A stretch of 64,000 nt of DNA from NCBI GenBank assembly GCA_041650855.1, contig JBAZKJ010000002.1, forward strand, positions 550,044 to 614,043. Reading direction: 5' to 3'. Below the pieces are notes generated by a model. The model made no database searches and was not told where the DNA came from. It saw only the letters and a list, made by a program, of their open reading frames with translations. The stretch comes from Candidatus Margulisiibacteriota bacterium (GTDB lineage: Bacteria; Margulisbacteria; WOR-1; O2-12-FULL-45-9; XYB2-FULL-48-7). Shown in pieces: positions 1-8,526 of this stretch. Position 1 is the stretch's first letter; each line of letters starts with the position of its first letter. Both the position numbers and the translations under genes were made by a program.

Positions 1-1373
1 GAGGAGGGACCTGGCGTGCCGATCCCGACATTGCCGAACAAATGGGAATTGCCGTTGACGTATAAGGCGCCGTCGCTCCCCCCTTCAAACCTGGCGGCAT
101 ATTTCAGGCTGGTCGGGCCGACAACATGCAGCGGCGAGGTTGGACTCGTCGTCCCGACCGCGACTTTTCCCCGATCGATTATCAGGCTGCCGGTGTCTTT
201 CCCCGGCCGCAGATAGATATCCTCGTTGGCGCCCAGATAAACATATGACGTATTGGTCGTTCCTTTAATCTGTAACTTGCTGGTTGGATTGGTGGTTCCA
301 GTCCCGATACCAATATTGCCGACATCATTGATGACCATCCGCTCTTCAAACACGGACCCGTTGGAAGTAGAAAAAGACAACAAGCTGGGAGCATAAGACA
401 CAGGGGCTCCCGTCGAGATCGCCCTGATGCTGGCGCCGGAACGGCTTAAGCCGTTGCCATACCCCCAAAAGAAGATGCCGCCCAGGACATCGCCGTATTG
501 CACGGCGCTCGGGCTGGTCGGGTAACCGCGATAGCGGCGGAACGACAGATACGGGTAAGAAGCGCTGCTGTACTCGTTCAGGTAACCGCCGCCGATCACG
601 TCAAGCGGAACTTCGGGGTTTAAGGTCCCGATCCCGATCTTGCCGGAAAAGAAATTCTTGGGGCCTTTGGCAAATACTCCGAAGCCGCTGACGCTTTCGA
701 ACGAACCGCCGGCGGCGCCGCCGCCGCCGAATACCCCGATCTTATTGGTGCTGCGCCCGTAAACACCGTAGCCGTTATCGCCTACCCCGGCAACGCCGGC
801 GCCAACCTCCACTCCTTCGCCCAGGATCCCGATATTCCCCATGGCCGCCCCGGTTACCCCATAACCACCGCCGCTGGTCGGTCCAACTACTTGCAATCTG
901 GCTGTTGGATTAGTGTTTGAGCCTATTCCGACATTACCGCCGGAATAATATATGTTGCTGCCGGAGGAAGACCATTGTCCACCTCCGCTCCCGCCCACAA
1001 CGCTGTCCGCCAACGCCGCCCGAAAGGCGTAAGGCACGGTGTTAAGCGCCTGGCGCGGGGAGAGGACGGTCTCGCCGACCTTAATTTCCACCCAGTAAGG
1101 CCGGTCAAATACCAGGGCGGTGCCAGCCGTGTCGATTTCAGTGGAAAATATGCCGCTGGTGGGATCAGGAGTGACCGTAACCGGATGATCGGCCGTGTCA
1201 ACGAGATTTCCGCCGGTCAACGCGTCGTAAAAAGTGAAGGTCAATTGCCGCGGGCCTGATAGCCCGGTTAACTTACCGGTAAAACTGATCTTGTTCGGCA
1301 CCACCCCCCACCCAACACCGCTCGCCGCCACCAGAATACCCAAAACCATAATTAACCCTAATATCTTTTTCAT
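1..1373 (-). CDS. Secreted repeat protein, partial (C-terminus lies beyond window start); Gly-rich with tail-fibre-like N(V/I)GIG(T/S)xxP..KLxVxG repeats
   Basis: Continuous minus-strand frame from ATG at 1373 (MKKILGLIMVLGILVAASG, signal-peptide-like) to the window edge. A GGGGGA Shine-Dalgarno sits about 7 nt upstream. It is absent from the ORF track only because it runs off the window. Repeated motifs NVGIGSNTNPTARLQVVG / NIGIGTGTTNPTSKLQIKG / NVGIGTPGPSS and Gly-rich blocks are visible as DNA repeats around 400-1000. This motif is typical of proteins annotated as tail fibre domain-containing or S74-associated surface proteins. Confidence 0.6.
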   Translation of the reverse strand, partial: MKKILGLIMVLGILVAASGVGWGVVPNKISFTGKLTGLSGPRQLTFTFYDALTGGNLVDTADHPVTVTPDPTSGIFSTEIDTAGTALVFDRPYWVEIKVGETVLSPRQALNTVPYAFRAALADSVVGGSGGGQWSSSGSNIYYSGGNVGIGSNTNPTARLQVVGPTSGGGYGVTGAAMGNIGILGEGVEVGAGVAGVGDNGYGVYGRSTNKIGVFGGGGAAGGSFESVSGFGVFAKGPKNFFSGKIGIGTLNPEVPLDVIGGGYLNEYSSASYPYLSFRRYRGYPTSPSAVQYGDVLGGIFFWGYGNGLSRSGASIRAISTGAPVSYAPSLLSFSTSNGSVFEERMVINDVGNIGIGTGTTNPTSKLQIKGTTNTSYVYLGANEDIYLRPGKDTGSLIIDRGKVAVGTTSPTSPLHVVGPTSLKYAARFEGGSDGALYVNGNSHLFGNVGIGTPGPS

Positions 1374-1404
1374 TGAATCTTCCCCCTTTATTGAATAACG
1401 AAGC

Positions 1405-3285
1405 TTAGTAGGAGTCCCAATTCAGCAGATCCTTCTTCAAGACCCACTGCATGTAATCCGTTTGATAGAGCATCTCGACCGTTTCGGCGCGGGAGAGGAG
1501 CTTGTTCGGTTCCAAGTTCTTCCCTTGGAGATAATCGAGGATGTTGACCCGGAAAGCGCCTTCCACCAGGCCGGCCGACCAGTGGGTCGCCGGCAGATCG
1601 GGGAAAATGTTGGAGTAGGTCTCTTCCGAGATCCCGGCGAACCGCGCGATCATCGCCAGTCCTTCCGCCCGGGTAATATTCCCGTTCGGCTTAAAGAGGT
1701 TGCCCGGGTAACCCTTGACGATCCCCTGCTCCGCCGCCTGAGCGATGAATCTGGCCGCCCAATGCTTGACGGGAACGTCCTTAAAGCCGGCATTGGCCGC
1801 CGATTCAAGGCTCGCGCCCCGCGACTTCATTAATAATGTAGCCATTTCCGCCCGGGTAATATTCCCTTCGGGCTTGAAGGTGCCGTTGGGATAACCGGTC
1901 AGTACCCCCTGCATGGCCAACAAGGAGATCTTTTCTCTCGTCCAGTAGCCTTCAGGGACGTCGGGGAACGGCTGGAGCCGGAGGACACGGACCTTTTTCT
2001 GGTCGATCAGCTTGCCGGCCGCGTCTTTCCCTTCCACTACGAGGGCATTTTTGCCGATGGTCAGGTCGATCGGCTGGTTAAAGTTCCCTTTCAGGTCGAA
2101 CTTCGCGAGCCGGCCGCTGACCAGCAGGCTCCGGATGCGCGGGTCCTTGATCGCGCCGGTGACCGCCAACTTCTCGTCGTAGGTCATCAGCTTGTCGGAC
2201 TGGACGGTAAGCCGTTCGCCGGTTTCCTCCACCAATTTGACCGGCGAATAGCTGAGCGAGAAGAACGAATTGGAGACGCCGGGCAGCGTGACAAAAGAGT
2301 GGTAACCGTAATCGAAGCGGAAACCGCCGTATTTGACCCCGACGCCGCCCGCCAGGTTGTTGACCGTTTGGATATTGGCGCCGGTCCCGTCCCCTTCGAT
2401 CGCCTGGTCGATCCCGGCACGGATGGCGATCATCGTGATCGGCGACCATTCCACGCCCAAGTGGTAGAGCGGCAAGGTCTTGGCTACCTGGATCTGGTAA
2501 TCCATGTCGGCCAGCAGCATCACTTCCTGGCCCGTTTTATAAAGCGCATTTTGCTGGCCGAGCAATTTTAGCGCCCCGCCGACCTTCACGTTATGAGGGA
2601 ATCCTTCCTTGTGGCCGCTGGCATAGTTCAGCGTACCGCCCAGAGACCCGGGCAGAACGTTCTGGAAGGCGGCGCCGAGCGTCAAAGCTTTATGCGGCGT
2701 TACCAGCAAACCCAGGTCCAGCTGAGTGCCGGTCGCGTTGCCGTTGCTGATCGAGTCGCCCGACAGTCCGACGTTAAAAAGCTTAAGATTGGCGCCGAGC
2801 GAGACCTTGTCCGCCCAGGCTAACTTGTTGTAAAGGCGCTCCAGGCCGGTCGCGTAAGCGAGCGAATAAACGTAATTGCTGTTGCTGATCTGCGGCTGGG
2901 ACATGTCGATCTCGTAGATCGGATCGTTCGGGTCGGAACCTTCGACCATCTTGGTGGCATAAGCGCCGCCGATCGAATAGCCGCCGAGCCCCAGGGCAAA
3001 ATTACCGTACTGGGTCGGATAAACTCCGGCCAGCGACAGGTAGCTGTAATCCTCCAGGAACTTGCCGGATAAAGTGTCGAGCTGCCAATCCCTGGTCCGG
3101 GCTAACCCGGCCGGATTAATGTAGAGCGCCGAAGCGTCATCCGCCAGGCCGACGAAAGTCCGGCCGAGGCCGATCACCCGGGCGTTGAGGCAGCGATCCG
3201 ACGGGTCGACGGCCTGGAATTGGGCCGCCGCCATCCCCGCGACCAGCGCGCCTACCATTATTATGGCTAATAAGGCCTTTCTCAT
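1405..3285 (-). CDS. Outer-membrane FadL/TodX/PorV-like beta-barrel protein with three C-terminal SLH domains (paralog 1)
   Basis: 626 aa with a signal peptide (…AGMAAAQ). The N-terminal hatch-like motif IGLGRTFVGLADDASALYINPAGLA matches the FadL family G-x-GRA…ADDA…NPA signature. The C-terminal about 190 aa contain three canonical SLH repeats (e.g. FKDVPVKHWAARFIAQAAEQGIVKGYPGNLFKPNGNITRAEGLAMIARF). The start ATG overlaps the upstream gene stop (ATGA). Confidence 0.75.
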   Translation of the reverse strand: MRKALLAIIMVGALVAGMAAAQFQAVDPSDRCLNARVIGLGRTFVGLADDASALYINPAGLARTRDWQLDTLSGKFLEDYSYLSLAGVYPTQYGNFALGLGGYSIGGAYATKMVEGSDPNDPIYEIDMSQPQISNSNYVYSLAYATGLERLYNKLAWADKVSLGANLKLFNVGLSGDSISNGNATGTQLDLGLLVTPHKALTLGAAFQNVLPGSLGGTLNYASGHKEGFPHNVKVGGALKLLGQQNALYKTGQEVMLLADMDYQIQVAKTLPLYHLGVEWSPITMIAIRAGIDQAIEGDGTGANIQTVNNLAGGVGVKYGGFRFDYGYHSFVTLPGVSNSFFSLSYSPVKLVEETGERLTVQSDKLMTYDEKLAVTGAIKDPRIRSLLVSGRLAKFDLKGNFNQPIDLTIGKNALVVEGKDAAGKLIDQKKVRVLRLQPFPDVPEGYWTREKISLLAMQGVLTGYPNGTFKPEGNITRAEMATLLMKSRGASLESAANAGFKDVPVKHWAARFIAQAAEQGIVKGYPGNLFKPNGNITRAEGLAMIARFAGISEETYSNIFPDLPATHWSAGLVEGAFRVNILDYLQGKNLEPNKLLSRAETVEMLYQTDYMQWVLKKDLLNWDSY

Positions 3286-4643
3286 CTGGCGATAACGATC
3301 CTCAGCTTTTTCATTTCGTTGTTTTCCGGAATCCTGATCGCGCCGATCAGCATGCCGAGCTGTTCTTTACCCAGGTCATCGCGGGCCGGCACCTTAATGG
3401 TTATTCGCGCTTGTTCGCCGGCCAGGGGGTGAACGGTCAGCGAGCGGACCTTGCCCGGGCCTGAGCCGGCGGCAAAGACCGTTCCTCCCCCGGTCGGGAC
3501 GGTAAAATCGGTCTTTTGGGAGAAGCTCGGCCCGACCATGACGAACTGGAGGCTGGAAGGCAATTTATTCATGATCGCGTTGACCTTGATCTCGTCTTCC
3601 GGCGTATAAAAGCTGGGCCCGGCCAGGATCAGGCCGATATAATCGGCAAAGCTGTTCTTATCGATCAAGTTAATACTCGTGCTGGCGGTCGTACCGTCCG
3701 GATTGTTGACCGTGATCTGGACCGAACTGCCGGTGGCCGCCTTGCCGATGGTCAGCGTGCCGAGGAAGATGACCCCCCGCTGGGTCGTGCCCGGGATCAG
3801 CGCCTCCGGCGAAACGACGGTTTGGGAGGACTTGACGTTCGGGTCGGAAAAGCTGACGGTGGCGTCCTGGCTGACGCCGGTGACGTAGAGGGCGAAATTG
3901 CTGACCGTGATATCGTTATTCGCGTCCCGCGGGAAACTGGGCATCGGCGGAAAAACGCCGACGACCGCGAAAGCGGGATCGGTGTTGGTGACCGCGAAAT
4001 TATAGGTCGCATAACCGGAATCGGGATTGGTCACGACAAAAGGCGCCACCCCGCCGGAAGCAGCCGAGCTGACGGAAAAACCGACCGTGATCCGGCCGGA
4101 AGTGACCACTTCATAAGAAGTAATGGTGATGCTGGAGCTGAGGTTGGAAACTACCGCCGCCGGATCGAACAAGGCCCCTTCGATCGTGGCAAAAACTGTT
4201 TCCCCGGCGTTCGCGCCGGACGGCGACATGCCGCTGATCGCCGGCGGCGTGACCGCCAGGTTGACGACCATCAGGCCGGCGAACACTTCGTAGCTGGAGC
4301 CGTCATTCTTGATAACGCGGATGTTGCGGGCGACGGCCTCGGCCGTAACGTCGCAGGTCAGGTCAAAAGTTATCTGGCTGTCGGAGACGACGGTCAGCGT
4401 CCCCGGGTCGATCGTCAGGCCCGCGGCCGGGGTGAACTCCACGGTCGTGACATGTTGCAGATCGCGGCCGGTGATCGTGATCCGCTCATGGCTCTCACCG
4501 GTCATAATGGACGATGGGGAGACCGAATCGATGATCTGAAACGGTTTAACCGCAGCAAAAGAGGCAGTGGTCAGTAAGACAACCGCGGAAACCAGCATTA
4601 GAAATAAGCCGGTTTTCTTCATATTCGCAGGCAATAATATCAT
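3282..4643 (-). CDS. Secreted Ig-like/IPT-like repeat surface protein (hypothetical)
   Basis: 453-aa ORF. An alternative start at 4622 (MKKTGLFLMLVSAVVLLTTASFAA) gives a cleaner signal peptide and sits about 5 nt after a predicted TTGACT-16/17-TATTAT promoter. Ser/Thr/Val-rich beta-sandwich-like repeats. The stop overlaps the start of the FadL-SLH gene by 4 nt. Confidence 0.6.
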   Translation of the reverse strand: MILLPANMKKTGLFLMLVSAVVLLTTASFAAVKPFQIIDSVSPSSIMTGESHERITITGRDLQHVTTVEFTPAAGLTIDPGTLTVVSDSQITFDLTCDVTAEAVARNIRVIKNDGSSYEVFAGLMVVNLAVTPPAISGMSPSGANAGETVFATIEGALFDPAAVVSNLSSSITITSYEVVTSGRITVGFSVSSAASGGVAPFVVTNPDSGYATYNFAVTNTDPAFAVVGVFPPMPSFPRDANNDITVSNFALYVTGVSQDATVSFSDPNVKSSQTVVSPEALIPGTTQRGVIFLGTLTIGKAATGSSVQITVNNPDGTTASTSINLIDKNSFADYIGLILAGPSFYTPEDEIKVNAIMNKLPSSLQFVMVGPSFSQKTDFTVPTGGGTVFAAGSGPGKVRSLTVHPLAGEQARITIKVPARDDLGKEQLGMLIGAIRIPENNEMKKLRIVIAR

Positions 4644-4689
4644 TGCACACTATAATAGTCAATGTTACAATTGCCGTCGGAGGGAAAAA
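4623..4689. promoter_or_regulatory. Back-to-back divergent promoter region
   Basis: Plus strand: -10 TATAAT at 4651-4656, then GGAGGG SD before ATG 4690. Minus strand: -35 TTGACT (4656-4661) and -10 TATTAT (4634-4639), ending about 10 nt before the ATG at 4622. The two promoters interdigitate. Confidence 0.35.
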
Positions 4690-5895
4690 ATGAAATATTT
4701 TGTTCCGTTAGCTATCCTCGTCTTGCTGGTCGGCTTAAGCGGCTGCACTTCGAGCGCCCCGCTCGAGCGCGCGACCACGACCACCACGCCCGCTACCACC
4801 TCAACAACGGCCGCAACGACCACCACGGCCGCCGGTACGACCACGACGACCGGCACCGGACCAACGACTACCGGCACGCCTACCACTTCCACAACAACGA
4901 CCACTACCGGCCCGGTCGCGACGTACACGGTCAACGGAACGGCCAATATCATGGGGTACGGGATCGCCGGCGTGCTGGTCACGATCGAAGGCGTTGGCAC
5001 CACGACGACCGATCCAGCCGGGAACTTCTCCTTCGGCTCGGTCCCGGCCGGGTTCTGGAGCATGACATTCTGGCAGGCCGGCTGGACATTCGATCCAGCC
5101 TCTGTTTCTTTCGTTCTGACCGGCAATTTGACGAAAAATAGCTCGGGTGAACCGACCGACTGGACGGCGCAAAAAGTCGGCACCGCTCACCTGACCGCCG
5201 CGACTTCCATCGATGCCGGCATGTTTATTGTCGGAAAGAACAGCTCGGTCATTTTACAATCAACCGATGGCGGCACGAATTGGGTAACTGCCTTTACCAA
5301 TAATCCGACCTCCGAACCGTTGATCGCCTGCTTTAGCATGCCGGGAAATACCCTGGGCATAATCAATCAAGATGGTTCAATCTTCCAAAGCACCGATCCG
5401 ACGGTTACCGCCTGGGCTTATTATTTCCGGGTCATCAATACCACCGAAGCCTTGGTCGATTTTAACGCGGCCAGCAACTTAACTTGGGAAGTCGTAACCG
5501 CCGGCGGCAAGATCCTCTGGAGCGGGGACCAAGGCGCAACTTACCTTGATTCCACGGAAGCCGGCAGCTTTGTCCACGGCATTCAGTTGCAGGACCCTTA
5601 TACGATGGTTGCGGCCGGGAACAACGGTTATGTCAAATATTACGACGGCTCGAGCTGGATCAACTTGGGCCCGGGCGGCTCGGAAAACTTTCATAAAGCG
5701 CTATTTGATACAAATGCCGCCTTGCTGGTCTCCAGTCAAGGCGTTATTTACAAAAGCACGGATAACGGCGTGAATTGGGCCCGCAGTTTAACCGGCTTTC
5801 CGGCGACGTTTGAAGGGGTATTTATCCCGGGGGCGCCGTCATTTACCGGCTCGATCGTCTGCGGCAGCAACGGCTGGGTCCTGAAACACAAATAA
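4690..5895 (+). CDS. Lipoprotein with Thr/Pro-rich linker, carboxypeptidase-regulatory-like domain and BNR/Asp-box beta-propeller-like C-terminal region
   Basis: Start MKYFVPLAILVLLVGLSGC (lipobox LSGC) is preceded by GGAGGG SD. The ORF-track start at 4567 lies upstream of the SD and is unlikely. About 50-aa Thr-rich tract (TTTTTPATTSTTAATTTT…). Asp-box-like motifs STDGGTNW and STDNGVNW. Confidence 0.6.
   Translation: MKYFVPLAILVLLVGLSGCTSSAPLERATTTTTPATTSTTAATTTTAAGTTTTTGTGPTTTGTPTTSTTTTTTGPVATYTVNGTANIMGYGIAGVLVTIEGVGTTTTDPAGNFSFGSVPAGFWSMTFWQAGWTFDPASVSFVLTGNLTKNSSGEPTDWTAQKVGTAHLTAATSIDAGMFIVGKNSSVILQSTDGGTNWVTAFTNNPTSEPLIACFSMPGNTLGIINQDGSIFQSTDPTVTAWAYYFRVINTTEALVDFNAASNLTWEVVTAGGKILWSGDQGATYLDSTEAGSFVHGIQLQDPYTMVAAGNNGYVKYYDGSSWINLGPGGSENFHKALFDTNAALLVSSQGVIYKSTDNGVNWARSLTGFPATFEGVFIPGAPSFTGSIVCGSNGWVLKHK
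4768..4923 (+). repeat. Low-complexity Thr/Pro/Gly-rich linker-coding tract (ACC/ACG codon repeats)
   Basis: DNA is runs of accacg/accacc. Protein is TTTTTPATTSTTAATTTTAAGTTTTTGTGPTTTGTPTTSTTTTTTG. Confidence 0.6.
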
Positions 5896-5898
5896 GGA

Positions 5899-7020
5899 CT
5901 AGAACAGCCTCTGCCCCTGCGGCTTGACGCGGACGCCGAACATATAGTTGCGGCTCCCGGCGTTAAGCAGGTCGTCCCCCTGCAGCAGCAGGTCCATGTA
6001 ATCCTGCATTTCGTGTTCGTACCCCAGCCTGACTTTCGGATTGTTCGGCCGCGGGTTGTTGATATCGTATATATCGGCCAGAATGTTACCCTTGGCGTTC
6101 GGATACAGGACCAACCCGCCGCCCAGCTGGCTGTTGATCACGCCGAGCCGGAAACCAAAACGATCGTTCGATTTATTGGTCAGCAAAAAGTCGAGCAGCG
6201 CCGGCGTCCGGCTCGGACCTTCGCCGAAACCGAGCCGGTAATAGGTCTGGTCGCTCTGGATAATATCAACGTCGCCGCGGACCGCGTTCGCGGTGGAGCC
6301 GACATCAACGCCGCCCGAAGCACGCATGTTGACCCGGCCGATGTTGGCGAAAAAGGCGTTGGCGGAAGAGAGGGTCCGCTCGGTCTCGTGGATCGTCCCC
6401 TTGACGTTCGCCTGGAACTTGGGATCGGCGACGATATCCTGGATCCCCTTGTTGGTCGCCCGCAGTTCCTTGGTCAGCTCTTCCAGCTGGATCGCGGTCC
6501 GGTCGGCCACTACCACCGCGTTGACGAACGAATGCTGCAGCGCCGGGTTCTCGATGATCTTGCGGACGGCTTGCAGAATAGCCCTGGTCTCTTCCAGGTT
6601 CTTGGAACCGATATCGACGAAATCGACGATCGCCGAAGTGCGGGTCCCGGGCAAAATCTCCCCTTTAACGTACATCACCTCGGAGGTCCCCGGCTTGATC
6701 TCCAGATATTTCACGCCGACGATCCCGTCGTAAGAGACCCGCAGGACCGAATCGGCCGGGATCTTGATGCTTTTATCCACGACCGAGAAGATCTTAATGT
6801 CGTACGGGCCCGGATCGATCTTCATCACCTTGCCGATCTTGGAGCCGCGGAAGCGGACCTCGGAGCCGATGGTCAACCCTTCGATGTTCTCGAACGAAGC
6901 GATCACTTCGTACCCCTGGCCGATCATGAAGATCTCGGTCTTCCAGGCGACAACGGCGGCCAGCAGACTGAGACCGAGGATGGTGACAAGCCCGACCTTG
7001 GCCGCGGTGGATAAACCCAT
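5899..7020 (-). CDS. mlaD: MCE/MlaD-family protein (long form with C-terminal extension)
   Basis: N-terminal TM anchor MGLSTAAKVGLVTILGLSLLAAVVAW followed by an MCE domain. GGAGGGG SD lies 9 nt upstream of ATG 7020. The ORF-track start at 7095 would overlap mlaF by 71 nt. About 373 aa versus about 180 aa for E. coli MlaD. Confidence 0.7.
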   Translation of the reverse strand: MGLSTAAKVGLVTILGLSLLAAVVAWKTEIFMIGQGYEVIASFENIEGLTIGSEVRFRGSKIGKVMKIDPGPYDIKIFSVVDKSIKIPADSVLRVSYDGIVGVKYLEIKPGTSEVMYVKGEILPGTRTSAIVDFVDIGSKNLEETRAILQAVRKIIENPALQHSFVNAVVVADRTAIQLEELTKELRATNKGIQDIVADPKFQANVKGTIHETERTLSSANAFFANIGRVNMRASGGVDVGSTANAVRGDVDIIQSDQTYYRLGFGEGPSRTPALLDFLLTNKSNDRFGFRLGVINSQLGGGLVLYPNAKGNILADIYDINNPRPNNPKVRLGYEHEMQDYMDLLLQGDDLLNAGSRNYMFGVRVKPQGQRLF

Positions 7021-7024
7021 ATTA

Positions 7025-7750
7025 TTAGACCCCTCCAGTAATAAAACGTTTGACGATCGGCTCGTTCGACCTGGCCGCCTCGGCGGGCGAACCAAGCTCG
7101 ATGAATTTACCTTCGTTCATCATGACGACCCGGTTGGCGACCCGCTGCACCGTTTGCATCACGTGCGTGACCAGCACCGAGGTAACCTTCAGCTCACGGG
7201 CCAATTTTACCATCAAATTCTCGATCGTAACAGAGGTGATGGGGTCCAACCCGGTGGTCGGCTCGTCGTAGAGGATGATCGTCGGGTTAAAAGCGAGCGC
7301 CCGGGCGATGCCGACCCTTTTTTGCATCCCGCCGGACAGCTCTTCCGGCATCAGCTTTTCCGTCCCCTCCATTTCGACCAGCCGCAGTTTTTCCTTGACG
7401 ACCCTGGCGATCTCCCGCTCGGGCAATTTGGCGTGTTCGCGCAGGGCGAACGCCACGTTCTCGTAGACCGAGAGCGAATCGAAGAGCGCCCCGTACTGGA
7501 AGATCATGCCGACCTTTTGCCGCAGGCCGATCAGTCCCTCCTCGTCGAGCTTGGCGATATCCCGGCCGTTGACGGTAACGCTGCCGCCGGTCGGTTCTTC
7601 CAGCCTGATCAGCAGTTTGAGCAGGGTGCTCTTGCCGCAGCCGGACGGGCCGATCACCGCCAGCGCCTGGCCGTCGGGGATCTCCAGGTCGACCCCGTCG
7701 AGCACCTTATGGTCGCAAAAACTTTTACTTAATTTGTTTAGCTTGATCAT
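7025..7750 (-). CDS. mlaF: ABC transporter ATP-binding protein, MlaF-like
   Basis: Walker A GPSGCGKST, ABC signature LSGGMQKR. ATGA overlap with the upstream permease gene. Confidence 0.8.
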   Translation of the reverse strand: MIKLNKLSKSFCDHKVLDGVDLEIPDGQALAVIGPSGCGKSTLLKLLIRLEEPTGGSVTVNGRDIAKLDEEGLIGLRQKVGMIFQYGALFDSLSVYENVAFALREHAKLPEREIARVVKEKLRLVEMEGTEKLMPEELSGGMQKRVGIARALAFNPTIILYDEPTTGLDPITSVTIENLMVKLARELKVTSVLVTHVMQTVQRVANRVVMMNEGKFIELGSPAEAARSNEPIVKRFITGGV

Positions 7751-8526
7751 TTAAAGAACGCCATGGAAAGGAAATAGTTGAGCACGAACAGGCTGATCAG
7801 CGAAGTGACGACCGACGAAGTGGTCGCTTCCCCCACTCCCTTGGCGCCGCCGGCGGCGTTCAACCCCTTGTAACAGGCGACGACGGCGATCACCATGCCG
7901 AAGAAAAAGGTCTTGGTCAGCCCGCCAAAAATATCCCAAAGCGTGAGGAGCGAACGGGCAGTTTCCAGGTACTCCACCGGATTGATGTGGCCGACCAGAA
8001 CAGCGACAAAATAACCGCCGACAAAACCGGTGACGATCGCGCCGACCGTCAGGAGAGGCAGCATCAGGGCGCTGGCGATAAAGCGCGGGATGACGAGGTA
8101 GCGGACCGGGTTGCTGCCGAGCGCCTTGAGCGCGTCGATCTGCTCGGTCACTTGCATGGTGCCGAGCTCGGCGGCAATGGCCGCGGAAACCCGCGCCGCA
8201 ATGACGATGCCGACCAGCGCCGGTCCCAGCTCGCGCGCCATGGCGATCGCCATGACCCCGCCGACGAACTTGCCGGCGCCGAAGCGGACGAACTCGGTGG
8301 CGATCTGCATGGCAAAGACCATGCCGACAAAACCGGAAGCGACCAGCGCCAGCGGGACCGACTCGTAGCCGATCTTGACCATTTGCTCCAGCGTCAGCTT
8401 AAGTCGGGTTTTCCCGGCCAGGATCCCCCGGATCGTCTCTTGGGCAAGCATCACGACCCGGCCCAGCCCCTCAAAAAGGAGGATCGTTTTATCCCCGACG
8501 TTTTCAGCGACTCTTTTGTAGACCAT
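7747..8526 (-). CDS. mlaE: ABC transporter permease, MlaE-like
   Basis: 259-aa polytopic membrane protein with typical MlaE/YrbE family sequence. Operon position is upstream of mlaF and mlaD. Confidence 0.8.
   Translation of the reverse strand: MVYKRVAENVGDKTILLFEGLGRVVMLAQETIRGILAGKTRLKLTLEQMVKIGYESVPLALVASGFVGMVFAMQIATEFVRFGAGKFVGGVMAIAMARELGPALVGIVIAARVSAAIAAELGTMQVTEQIDALKALGSNPVRYLVIPRFIASALMLPLLTVGAIVTGFVGGYFVAVLVGHINPVEYLETARSLLTLWDIFGGLTKTFFFGMVIAVVACYKGLNAAGGAKGVGEATTSSVVTSLISLFVLNYFLSMAFFK

Noticed and set aside
4567-4689. 41-codon N-terminal extension of the lipoprotein ORF
   Set aside because: The extension precedes the SD and the lipoprotein signal peptide. It spans the divergent promoter region.
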